Shown: positions 21,001 through 30,803 of the stretch, piece by piece | Numbering within the stretch: the first letter of the stretch is position 1 | Layout of the letters: each line of letters opens with the position of its first letter | Source of the DNA: Macrostomum lignano | Lineage: Eukaryota | NCBI GenBank assembly: GCA_002269645.1 | Contig: NIVC01002053.1 | Span: 62,001-126,000 of the forward strand | Reading direction: 5' to 3' | DNA: 64,000 nt | Program-made: the position numbers and the translations under genes | Notes under the pieces: model-generated | What the model was told of the DNA's origin: nothing | Seen by the model: the letters and a program-made list of their open reading frames with translations, nothing else | Database searches by the model: none

Positions 21001-23911
21001 ACCCGGCTAGCAGCGACAAACTCCGACCCCACGATCTTCACGGACGGCTCCGTCCGTGAGGCCGAGGCTGAGCAGATTTCAGCCAGAACCAGAGCTGGCC
21101 GGACCAGGATTCTCGTCGACACAGGCTGAGCTCGCCGCCATCAGAGCAGCACTGCAGCGGCTCGAGCGATCGCGAATAACATACGGCTAGGGAGGCCCCT
21201 GGCCGAACCTGACAGACTGGCCAGTGGCCAAGCAGACCGACTCCCTGCGCTTTCAAGTCGGTCACCACAGCGCAACCTAGGGCCTTGCACGGCTCAGCGA
21301 CCTATGCCGTAGTTTTCGGCCTTAAGTTGCTAAAAATAGAAACAAACAACAGCAACAGCAGTAAAAAATCAACAGACCAGTTCGCCTGACATCGGTCTAC
21401 GCTAAGCTCATGGAAGAATGGTGACAAATAGGCTGTATTACGAGGGGCGTACTGAAAGTTTTGAGATACGCCGAAACCACAAATGTCTGAAGCAAAATTT
21501 CTGTCACAATTTTTCAAAGTAGTTGTCAACATCTTGCACGCATTTCTTCATCCGGTGAAACCACTGCGTTCAGGCTCCAGCCCACTATTCTTCTGGCACT
21601 GCTGACACCACCCGCTCGAACTCGATTCTTGCTGCTTCAGGACTCTCAAACTGAGTCCCACACAGTTGGTTCTTCTTCAAAGGGAAGAGAAAGAAGTCGC
21701 AGGGTGTCAGGTCAGGGAATATGTGGGATACGTCACCAACTGGACTCCATTCTCGGCCAGAAATGCCAAAGATGCAGCAGCCGTGTGCACACTGGAGTTG
21801 TCGTGGTGCAGCAGCAGGCCACGAAGTCAGGTGCGCGGCCGGCGTCTGCGCCACGCATCGAACACGAGCGGCAGGCACTGGTTAGTAGACCAGTCGGCAT
21901 TGACTGTTCGCCTGTCTTGGAGCGCTACAGTCGCCAGGTGGCCAGCCTGTCTGAAGAAAGTCGCCACCATCTGCTTCCCGACGCTGCGGGCCCGCTTGAC
22001 CTTCGTTGGGGTGGCATCGTCCGGAAGAAGCCAAACTACGACTGCTGCTTGGTTTCCGGGTCATACTACTGGCAGACCAAGGTCTCATCGCCTGTGATGA
22101 TCTCCCAGTATCACTTCGAGGTCCCAGAATCGAATCTTTCGAGCCTAAAGTCGCACCAGCACACCCCTCCGCTTTCTGGTCCTCCACCAGGTTGTGGGGC
22201 ACCCAGCGGGCGCACCGCTTGGAGGCTGCCAGCTGGCCATGCAGGATGGTCGTAACCGCTGCCGATCCAATGCCGAGAGCCTCTCTGATCTCGGCACAGG
22301 TCACTCGCCGGTCCTCGTCAATCATTCTTCAGACAGCAGCAATTTTTTCTCCGTGACAGCGGAAGCTGGACGTCCCGTCCAAGGTTCATCATCAAGGCGG
22401 CTTTGGCCCCACATAAATTCCCGGTACCACCGAAAAAACTGTGGTACGTGAAGGGGCTTGGTCTCCAAAGGCAGCATGTAAACTTTCAACGCACTGCTCC
22501 TACGTGAGACCTTTTTGCTGGCTGTAAACAATCATGGCATGAAAGTCGCGTTTTGCCAACTCCATTGGAGCAAGTACAGTTCGGTAGGGGGTATTGACTT
22601 TAAAGAGTGATTGTGAAAACTTGACAAGACCGCAAAGGCTGAAAATTAATACTCAATCATCTTAAAGGTGATAGAGTATGTATATAAAAATTCGTGCAGT
22701 TATAACTTATGAGTCAGCCATATCTCAAAACTTTCAGTACTGGCTTGAGGAAAACAACATCATCCGGCTTTGGCAAGCTGGTTCCCAGAGAGGTAGAAGC
22801 GACCAGGGACTACTCAAACATCGGGACGGGAAACTAGGCAAATCATGGCGAAGTTTTTACGAGGCTGGTTAAATCTATGGCCGCGCCAATGCAGCAGTAG
22901 CTATTTCAATATTTCAATAAATATTCAATAAATTTTATATCTGTGAATTTTAATATTCAGGTGCTTTTATAAACTGTGTATATTTACTTGAAAGTTCATT
23001 GGAAAAATAGTTTATAAAACATATAAGGTAACATTGAGGGCTATTTGCAAGGGGTGAATAGTGAACATGGAACAGACGAACAATAAAAAGTTCACTCACA
23101 CAGTGGATGTGAGCATTAAAATATGTGAAGTTTGAACATATATATGTTCATGTTTGAGTAGTCCCTGGAAGCGACTTGAAAATTGAGCTAACCCTAGGAA
23201 AATGCGAATCCTGCCTCTACAGTAGGGTTACGAGGGACAGGAACCTACGGTCACGCCTCCAGATCAACGGTCGTCGGCAAAGACACTCTAAAGTTCCTGG
23301 GAGTGCGCATCGATTGAGGTCTAAATTTCTAGGTATTTAATTGACGGCTCGGTGCAGCAACAGCAACAACAGCAGCCTCACCGCAGACGCTCCTCCTCCT
23401 CCTGCTCGCTGGTGCGCAGCCGCATCAGCACTTCGGCAATCTGGCGCCGCTCCGCGTCGGTCAGACCGCTGAGGTCCGGCTCCGGCGGCGTCACTGGCGA
23501 GTCGCAGGATTCATCCGAGTCGACAACGGCGCCTCGACGCTCAGAGTCGTCATCGTCAGCATCGAGTAGGTTTTCGTTGGCTTCGACTTGCTTTGGCGAC
23601 GCTTTTCTGCCGGACGAACCGCCGGATGCGCCGATGGTCGACAGGACGCGGGCAGCCGGCGACAGAAACTGCAGCAGAGAGTCGCCGCCGCCTCTGCCGC
23701 CTTCGGCATCGTCTAGCGACAATTTCCGAGGCAATCGTTTTCGCCGCCGCTCGCGGCTTTGATATCCTCCGACACCTTGCGGCAGCGGCAGTGGCGGCGG
23801 CGTTTCCCTTTGATCTTTGCCAGCTTCGGGTTCTGTAGATTTCGGCTCGGCCGCCTGAGCGGCTGCAGTGTCGGACAGCGAGCGCGACCAGATGCGCCTG
23901 ACGAACTGCAT
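795..23911 (-). CDS. Piccolo/Fife/RIM-family presynaptic active-zone scaffold gene, multi-exon, 3' end continues beyond the left edge of the window
   Basis: Exons (minus strand) with GT-AG junctions: 23911-23382, 18914-18737, ~17956-17830, 17440-16814, 10618-9724, 8459-8380, 7261-7171, 6279-~6044, ~3092-2159, 1820-1639, 993-~795. Domains in order: Rab-binding helix, Zn finger, coiled coil, PDZ, C2A. C2A end 'ISVWDYDRLKTNDFMGRCVIRLDRKLMDNQPRWYTL' and PDZ start 'YDFQVKRLLLTRDTRDKSNRGYGVGL' resemble Piccolo from memory of the family. Possible extra exons between 16814 and 10618 and near 7960 are unresolved. Confidence 0.85.
1020..1460. repeat. 10/20-bp minisatellite (GACATCTAGA-based)
   Basis: Direct inspection; intronic. 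Confidence 0.93.
2510..2720 (-). repeat. Coding 18-bp repeat encoding (QQPQTL)n
   Basis: In frame within the exon upstream of C2A. Confidence 0.93.
3275..3412 (+). mobile_element. Possible 3' remnant of a non-autonomous Helitron-like (Lep1-type) element
   Basis: AAAATCGGTCAAGCC...CATACAAGAATACAAGCAAGC...TTTTAGTATATAGGAT interrupts a local tandem repeat; resemblance from memory only. Confidence 0.3.
3745..5428. repeat. ~44-bp minisatellite (ATGGACAACTAAAGCAGAAGGATTAAAGGGATTATAGATAAGCC)n
   Basis: Direct inspection; two variant blocks. Confidence 0.97.
6044..7261 (-). CDS. PDZ domain exons (7261-7171 and 6279-~6044)
   Basis: LLKERQRTGGYDFQVKRLLLTRDTRDKSNRG-YGVGLVVEAG...VVQDILPGSVCDRL..GEGDEVVEWNGYCLVG; phase-1 junction G|GC. 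Confidence 0.85.
6305..6690. repeat. 34-bp minisatellite
   Basis: ACTACTGAGATACTCTCTATGGCACTCGTGGGAC. Confidence 0.95.
7320..7625. repeat. 32-bp minisatellite
   Basis: GCAGACAGTGAGAGGTAGACAAGGATAGGGAA. Confidence 0.95.
8635..9612. repeat. 23-27-bp minisatellite
   Basis: GTGTACACCACCCCTGATTCTTCT. Confidence 0.97.
9724..10618 (-). CDS. Coiled-coil/Q-rich exon of the active-zone gene
   Basis: Open 895-nt frame; LQELLLVTRNRRRQLEHLRLTRQLEEQLDTLRRME and YELMRKETRIVQLEREIERRRRQIDDA; phase-1 donor AG|GTGCGC at 9724 fits the exon at 8459. Confidence 0.75.
11050..11215. repeat. Short ~33-bp degenerate tandem repeat
   Basis: CAAAGACTACATCAGGCTGAGGATATTG. Confidence 0.8.
12195..13760. repeat. 13-bp minisatellite (GTGTCTAACATCT)n, split by the solo LTR into 12195-12545 and 13418-13760
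   Basis: Same unit on both sides of the insertion. Confidence 0.9.
12550..13413 (-). mobile_element. Solo LTR (864 bp) inserted into a 13-bp minisatellite
   Basis: TG...CA ends with imperfect terminal IR (TGAAGT vs TGTAGT), 4-bp TSD CATG (12546-12549, 13414-13417), TATAAATA on the minus strand at 12961-12954. Confidence 0.65.
14240..15230. repeat. Compound 21-bp/20-21-bp minisatellite
   Basis: GATGTCATCCCCATCTCTACC followed by CACCCCATCTCCCTCACACAT. Confidence 0.96.
16110..16795. repeat. 20-21-bp minisatellite adjoining the donor at 16813
   Basis: AGTCTCTATGACTCCCCCAC. Confidence 0.95.
17830..18914 (-). CDS. FYVE-like Zn finger split over two exons (18914-18737 and ~17956-17830)
   Basis: CPLCAENPVNSTRDDYRCRECRRLVCYDCGSFCQDTGHR | FAEWICAVCQQRRHLAASSGSWFHG: eight Cys plus the RIM-type SGxWF motif; phase-0 junction. 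Confidence 0.85.
18075..18745 (-). repeat. 61-bp minisatellite containing the exon end and 5' splice site (11 copies of GGACACCGG|GTGAGT)
   Basis: Counted directly. Confidence 0.97.
18945..19660. repeat. ~31-32-bp minisatellite upstream (sense) of the acceptor at 18915
   Basis: CCTTCAGTGAGTGACTGAGGGGAAATGATAT. Confidence 0.96.
20108..20368. repeat. 13-bp minisatellite (CCCCACCGAGTTT)n
   Basis: Direct inspection. Confidence 0.97.
20720..21120 (-). mobile_element. Possible degenerate retrotransposon gag fragment
   Basis: GC-rich intronic island; 'GRWSDRRVASCQL' and 'ILCRHFLTGLP' loosely recall gag motifs. Confidence 0.25.
21441..22740 (-). mobile_element. Decayed mariner (Tc1/mariner) DNA transposon
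   Basis: TA then TIR CGAGGGGCGTACTGAAAGTTTTGAGATA (21441-21468); inner 20 bp of the other TIR at 22721-22740; transposase remnants RWVPHNL, PDLTPCDFFLFP, GRPA, with frameshifts. Confidence 0.9.
23382..23911 (-). CDS. First coding exon with RIM/rabphilin-type Rab-binding helix
   Basis: PDLSGLTDAERRQIAEVLMRLRTSEQEEEERLR; donor CG|GTGAGG at 23382/23381; phase 2 joins the acceptor at 18914. Confidence 0.85.
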
Positions 23912-24729
23912 GCCGCTAATTGGGCCTGGCGGGGTCGCGGGGGGGGCAAGCTTTTATTTCGGTGAGAATTTCAGCTACCGCGAATTTTGAGCCATTCCTT
24001 GCGCATACAAATGTACTTTTAGTCCCGAGAGCCAATTAGTCCGTTGAATCAGTTGATTAACTATTAAACTGGGGAACTCTTAGCGAGCAAAGTCTCGACA
24101 CCTCATCTAATCTTCCCTGTCCGCTTCTCAACATCTCATCTCTCGCTCCACCCCGCCCTACCTCTCCCCAGCTCATCTCTACTTTCACTCTGACGTGACT
24201 TGCAGTCTTCCCTTTCTCCATCTGATCCCTACATGTAATTTATTATTCAGCGTGACTCGTTCCTTCTTATCCTTCTTAATGCATTAATATAATTTACAGA
24301 AGTTCAACACAACCCGCTCAATACGAAATTGGCTCAATTATCAACTGTCGATAGTAGCCAAAACCAGAGAAAAATGGAGCAAAAAAATAATTCAAAAATT
24401 CCCTTCATAGAATTTTAATATCTCGGAAAAAATTTTCTCTCCATACTGCAAACTCACATTCTTGGCGGTACAGCAGAGGTTTCTATAAAATATAGATTAT
24501 ATAGAAATCATGCAGAATCACGATTGCAGAGCTTATGATTCCAGTTGAATGTCAACCGGGGCTGTTTCACTGCGCGCCCAGCTCTGTATTCCTGCCTATT
24601 TTTTATTAATCTACTCAATTTTCCCTGGGTGCCTTTGAGCAGTGGCTGAGGAAAAAGCTAATCAAGAAGGTTCTACGAGATTTGCCCACCTACGAGCTGC
24701 GTCTGAGTTTTTGCCGCACTGCCAAATAC

Positions 24730-24905
24730 AGACAGAGGCAGCCAGCTGCAGACAGAGGCGCCAGCTGCAGACAGGCGCCAGCTGTACAGACAGAGGCGCC
24801 AGCTGCAGACAGAGGCAGCCAGCTGCAGACAGAGGCGCCAGCTGCAGAGAGAGGCAGCCAGCTGCAGACAGAGGTGCCAGCTGTACAGAGAGAGACGCCA
24901 GCTAA
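24730..24905. repeat. 19-bp minisatellite (GAGGCGCCAGCTGCAGACA)n; related arrays at 26550-26765, 36903-36955 and inverted at 43130-43182
   Basis: Direct inspection. Confidence 0.9.
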
Positions 24906-25004
24906 AATTTAAGCCTGTACGCTCTGTACGCTCAGCTTCAACAAAACTACAATTCAATTTAGACTGTTCAAATTTTTAGTCAGGTTATTTTTAGACTTTC
25001 ACTC

Positions 25005-25280
25005 CGGCAGTCAATCTAAACAAACTGCAGTCAATCTAAACAAACTGCAGTCAATCTAGACAAACTGCAGTCAATCTAGACAAACTGCAGTCAATCTAAA
25101 CAAACTGCAGTCAATCTAGACAAACTGCAGTCAATCTAAACAAACTGCAGTCAATCTAGACAAACTGCAGTCAATCTAAACAAACTGCAGTCAATCTAGA
25201 CAAACTGCAGTCAATCAAGACAAACTGCAGTCAATCTAAACAAACTGCAGTCAATCAAGACAAACTGCAGTTAATCAAGA
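25005..25280. repeat. 20-bp minisatellite (CAAACTGCAGTCAATCTAGA)n
   Basis: Direct inspection. Confidence 0.96.
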
Positions 25281-26029
25281 CAATTACATATATTTTGATG
25301 AAAACGCTCTTACCTCATGGCCGAGTTTTTGTCGAGCATTTCAAAGCAACTACTCTAGGTATTCGAAGCCCGTCCCCTAGTAGCAGCAGACACTGCTGGA
25401 AACTCTTCCATTTCAAAGAGCGTACAGTTAGACATAAGAGACAAGGGCTGTCACAATGGTCGGCTAAATCAATGCAGCTTTTATTTTAAGCAACGAATTA
25501 TAGTGTCCTTGACAACTCAACATCTCTAACGCCGGCTGCAGTGCTCAAGCCGCGTCTCTTATTAATCTGTCTGCTCTTCCGCCCAGCCGCTCTCCTCCAT
25601 CTCCCTGTCTCTCCCGTCTCAGTATCTGTAGCGCAGGGGAGTGGCTGCTGCTGAATAGGATGCGCGACCCTCTGGTGCTGCCTGTGAGGCTGGGCGAGAG
25701 TGCGGGTACAGGGGAAGGGGGCTATTGTAGCCCTCAACTAGGCATCTCAGGTCGTGCAAGCACGGGGATAGGAGGGCGATTCGTATAGAATCTATATATG
25801 TGGCTAGGCCTCGCTGAGCTAAGGAATTGCAATGAAGGGGGAGAGAAAACAGTTCGGGGAGAAAAAGTGGACTGCCCCTTTTCACTGTCAATAAGTAGCT
25901 AAATGCTCAAACCCTCATCCGTTCTTGTCTTGATAACAGTTCAGCTGCGCCTGCCACTTGTCTGCAGTGAATTCCCAGCCCGATGTATGGCCAAGGGAGA
26001 TTTTCCTGTCTGCTTTAAATGGGCGATAC

Positions 26030-26765
26030 AAACAGAGGGGTTGCCTGCTACAGAGGGGTTGCCTGCTACAGAGGGGTTGCCTGCTACAGAAGGGGTTGCC
26101 TGCTACAGAGGGGTTGCCTGCTACAGAGGGGTTGCCTGCTACAGAGGGGTTGCCTGCTACAGAGGGGTTGCCTGCTACAGAGGGGTTGCCTGCTACAGAG
26201 GGGTTGCCTGCTACAGAGGGGTTGCCTGCTACAGAGGGGTTGCCTGCTACAGAGGGGTTGCCTGCTACAGAAGGGGTTGCCTGCTACAGAGGGGGTTTCC
26301 TGCTACAGAAGGGGTTGCCTGCTACAGAAGGGGTTTCCTGCTACAGAAGGGGTTGCCTGCTACAGAAGGGGTTGCCTGCTACAGAAGGGGTTTCCTGCTA
26401 CAGAAGGGGTTGCCTGCTACAGAAGGGGTTTCCTGCTACAGAAGGGGTTTCCTGCTACAGAAGGGGTTGCCTGCTACAGAAGGGGTTTCCTGCTACAGAA
26501 GGGGTTTCCTGCTACAGAAGGGGTTGCCTGCTACAGAAGGGTTGTCTGCTACAGAGAGAGGCGTTAGCTGCAGAGAGAGGCCCCAGCTGCAGAGAGAGGC
26601 CCCAGCTGCAGAGAGAGGCCCCAGCTGCAGAGAGAGGCCCCAGCTGCAGAGAGAGGCGCCAGCTGCAGAGAGAGGCGCCAGCTACAGAGAGAGGCGCCAG
26701 CTACAGAGAGAGGCGCCAGCTACAGAGAGAGGCGCCAACTGCAGAGAGAGGCCCCAGCTGCAGAA
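26030..26765. repeat. 18/19-bp minisatellite grading from AGAGGGGTTGCCTGCTAC to AGAGAGAGGCGCCAGCTGC
   Basis: Direct inspection. Confidence 0.96.
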
Positions 26766-27137
26766 GTCCTTGCGGGTATAGAATCATAAAACCCCACGCG
26801 AGTAAAAATATTGATAGCACAGTTGCAAAAATCGGTGGCAACATTTTCTGTATAGCGAAACTGTTTTGGTTTAATTTAATGAAAAATCAGGACTGAAACT
26901 GCTCCAAGCTATTCTTAGCTTTTCAGAAGAAGAGCCTGATGGCATCCCATGCAGTCTACTATGCGCATGTTATATGTAAAGCATTTTAGCAGTGGTCGAA
27001 CATTGATTTTAGTCTCTTTTTAAATAAGAGCAGCGCTCACATGTAGCTAGCCTGGATATGTAGCTCTTCTTCTCATTCCACCAGCTGTAAGAGTGATTAG
27101 AGTTAGGATGCTCTCTCCTAGTTCAGCTCCAGTCACA

Positions 27138-28085
27138 TGATGCTTTCGAATAGCTCACATGATGCTTTCGAATAGCTCACATGATGCTTTCAAATAGCTC
27201 AAATGATGCTTTCGAATAGCTCAAATGATGCTTTCGAATAGCTCACATGATGCTTTCGAATAGCTCAAATGATGCTTTCGAATAGCTCAAATGATGCTTT
27301 CGAATAGCTCACATGATGCTTTCAAATAGCTCAAATGATGCTTTCGAATAGCTCAAATGATGCTTTCGAATAGCTTAAATGATGCTTTCGAATAGCTCAA
27401 ATGATGCTTTCAAATAGCTCAAATGATGCTTTCGAATAGCTCCAATGATGCTTTCGAATAGCTCAAATGATGCTTTCGAATAGCTCAAATGATGCTTTCG
27501 AATAGCTCAAATGATGCTTTCGAATAGCTTAAATGATGCTTTCGAATAGCTCACATGATGCTTTCGAATAGCTCAAATGATGCTTTCGAATAGCTCAAAT
27601 GATGCTTTCGAATAGCTCAAATGATGCTTTCGAATAGCTCAAATGATGCTTTCGAATAGCTCAAATGATGCTTTCGAATAGCTCAAATGATGCTTTCGAA
27701 TAGCTCAAATGATGCTTTCGAATAGCTCAAATGATGCTTTCGAATATCTCAAATGATGCTTTCGAATAGCTCAAATGATGCTTTCGAATAGCTCAAATGA
27801 TGAATTTCGAATAGCTCAAATGATGATTTCGAATAACACAAATGATGCTTTCGAATAACACAAATGGTGATTTCGAATAACACAAATGATGATTTCGAAT
27901 AACACAAATGATGATTTCGAATAACACAAATGATGCTTTCGAATAACACAAATGATGATTTCGAATAACACAAATGATGATTTCGAATAACACAAATGAT
28001 GCTTTCGAATAACACAGATGATGATTTCGAATAACACAAATGATGCTTTCGAATAACACAAGTGATGATTTCGAATAACACAAAC
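27138..28085. repeat. 22-bp minisatellite (TGATGCTTTCGAATAGCTCAAA)n
   Basis: Direct inspection; inverted counterpart at 43480-44085. Confidence 0.97.
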
Positions 28086-29259
28086 TCGTGCTTTAATAAA
28101 TACGAGTGTAAATCTAAAAGTGATTCAAATAACCCAGGAAGATGCGCGAACTGACTTATTCTAAAATAGTCACATTATGTCACCGGATAAAGTAATAATG
28201 CCTCACCCACAATGTCACATCCACAGACAGGGCAGGGCCGCAGGATGCAGGTACTACACATCCTACACAAAATCCTTTCTGATATTTCATTCGCATTTCC
28301 CAGCAGCACTGTTCCCATTCTCGGCAGTCTCTCGGACACGCAGCTTCGGTCAGCTGTATAATCGGCTGTCAAGGACTGGCCGCATCTGCAGAAGTGCTGC
28401 ATGGAAACACACATGTGTTATGCATGTGTATTTTTAGCGCCTACTGATACTGGAGACTCCCGTCCACAAGAGGGGGTGGTCCTTCCGACCGCGCTTCCTT
28501 CTTAGCTAATGGATTTCATAGCTGGAGCAAAAGGAAATGTTTAGTTGACTAAAAATTGCTATTCTGTATTTTCTCAACTACAGTCAATTCAACAGGTGAA
28601 GTAGAAGGACGCGATGTACTTAAAATCAGATACAAAGAGCAGATGTTTGCAGACTTTGCTTAATGAACTTGGTAAACTGGTGAACTTGCCAGAAGACTCT
28701 GGCAAAGGGAGAATTAGGCAGATAATTAGGGATTTTCGAGGCACCAGGGCAACGGAAGAATTAGGTAATTAGGGAACTTTGAGGCGCCAAGGCAACGCGA
28801 GAATTAGGCAGGTAATTAGGAAACTTCGAGGTACAGAGGCAACGGGAGAATTTAGGTGATTCTTGGGAATCAGTAGCAGCATGTAAAATCCCAATGGCTG
28901 CGGCAGGAGTTAACAGGTGCCAACAACACTGCCATCCAGTTTATTTTTACTTCACAACAATGGCCCTGGAGGATTTTCTCACTACTATTTCTAGCCTCTG
29001 TGCAGTAGGACCGTAAAACACCACCAAAAGGAAACCCGGGCAGTTGCATAAGGGAATTCCGGGACGTAATAGTCGCTATTGTTTTCTATTTTAAGCTATT
29101 TGCGATGTTGGCTTTTCCCCGGCAATCTTGCTCGAGCCGGAGCCAGATAATATAAATTGAAGCAGATTCGGGCAGAAAATTGTATAGCAAAATTGATTTA
29201 TAAAATCTGATTTGGTGAAATATTTGACAACACGTATCAGCTGAGCAGTTTGCTGTAGG

Positions 29260-29757
29260 ATGCAGTTTTTCTGCTTAATCTCCCCTCTGCTGGCCCTCTG
29301 GATTTTCCCCGCTCCCATTCTCGCAGCGCCCCTCGGAGCCGGCGACCTCTTCAGGTCGTGCAGCGCCTCGGTGCCCGGCCTGTCGCAGGACAAGCTGGCA
29401 TCGGGCCAGCAGATTTTCTCTCTGGCCCCACCGGCCGAGCTGCGAGGCGGCCCAGCAAGCGTGACCGAACCGCCTGTGGGCGACGGCGACTCTCCGTGCC
29501 CGTTCGCTCAGACGAAGAACTTCACCTTCGAGGGCAAGCCGTGCCTTGGCGGCGCTCCCTGCTTCACGGACCGGGTCTGCCTGTCCGCAGAACCGAAGTC
29601 TCTGGATGGGGATAGGTACCGCTGCAGCAAGGGCATCCGGCTTGAGGAGTTCAGCCAGGTGGCTTTTGTGTACATTGGCTCATGCAGGGGCTTGCACCTG
29701 TATGAGCGAGTGATAGTGCACCCACAGATGTGCGTACTGCTAACACTTGAGCATTGA
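29260..29757 (+). CDS. Cargo ORF/exon, copy A: putative secreted Cys-rich protein (likely true exon 29260-29658 ending at a GT donor)
   Basis: N-terminus MQFFCLISPLLALWIFPAPILA is signal-peptide-like; GC3-rich codons in an AT-rich context; six Cys after the leader; CAG|GTGGCT donor at 29658/9. Family not recognised. Confidence 0.55.
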   Translation: MQFFCLISPLLALWIFPAPILAAPLGAGDLFRSCSASVPGLSQDKLASGQQIFSLAPPAELRGGPASVTEPPVGDGDSPCPFAQTKNFTFEGKPCLGGAPCFTDRVCLSAEPKSLDGDRYRCSKGIRLEEFSQVAFVYIGSCRGLHLYERVIVHPQMCVLLTLEH

Positions 29758-30803
29758 ATCTGTTTGTAATTACATGTATTCCTGCTGCATGTCCAGCTAC
29801 ATACTCAGGTGCTTTTCTACCCTGTCAATCAATGTTTTTGCAGTTACAGCACCTCTTTTTTATCCAAGCACTGAATAATTACAATGGTTTTTTCTACTTT
29901 TACACTTGTTTTTGTAATGCTTTTCATAAATATGTAAATAAATTAAGCGGATTTTCATCTGGTCTGGTCTGAGCCTGATTGGCCCAGAAATTCAATGAAA
30001 AAAGGAAACCTTAAGCTGAAGGCTTTAATAAACATTTTCTAAGGAAAAATATTCGTACACAAGGGTATGCATGGATTTGTGTGCAGACATATAGTTGGCA
30101 ATAGTTTATAGTCTAATAAACTGCATGGACTACTCACAGTTTAGCTGTCCATGTCAGCTAGCCCCCGATATCGTATGTACCTGTATGAAGAATTGTTGCG
30201 CACGTTAGACACAATTAAAACAGTGCATTGCTTGCTCTTCAACATTGCCCTTATTGAGCAGTATAGTATCGATGCAGTCCCAGAGCAGGTTCTGCATTTT
30301 CGTGACGTACACCACACACCTGCAGTTATGCACGCGGGAATGCCGCAAAAAGAATTCGCGACGTGTTTTCCGCGCGTTTCATGCATCTCAGATTCAGTTG
30401 CTGAATATGGAAGCAGAAAAAATGCATGGGAATTCCGTTTGCATTCTTTCGTTTCCGGTCATCCCAGATGTTGTGAAACTCGAAGAACGCTTTATTAAAT
30501 GCTCGAAAAGTTAAAAATATTGCTATTTTACATGTATATCAATTTTTATATCGGATGCCCTTTTACCGTCCTTTACCGGAGAAGTACCAGTACACTGGAT
30601 GCATGGCATGCAGCCCACGAAGCAGGTGTCTCTGCAGTCTGAGCCTTTTTGCGACCACGAGACTATTTGAAGCTTAGGGATTATCGAATTTATAAGTGGC
30701 TGATGGATATTTACATTTTGTATCTACTGTAATATGTATAGGCGTACACACAGGGACTACTAAATTCTGTCAGTAGTCCCTGGGCGTGCATGCTATATAC
30801 AGT

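Larger units (their letters stand above)
27138..30803 (+). mobile_element. Unclassified repeat/element copy A (left arm of the inverted duplication): 22-bp satellite, unique segments, ~40-bp subrepeats, cargo exon, subterminal hairpin
   Basis: Direct alignment to reverse-complement segments 32870-34987, 36575-36808, 43195-44085 and to direct copy 36960-41466. Confidence 0.75.
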
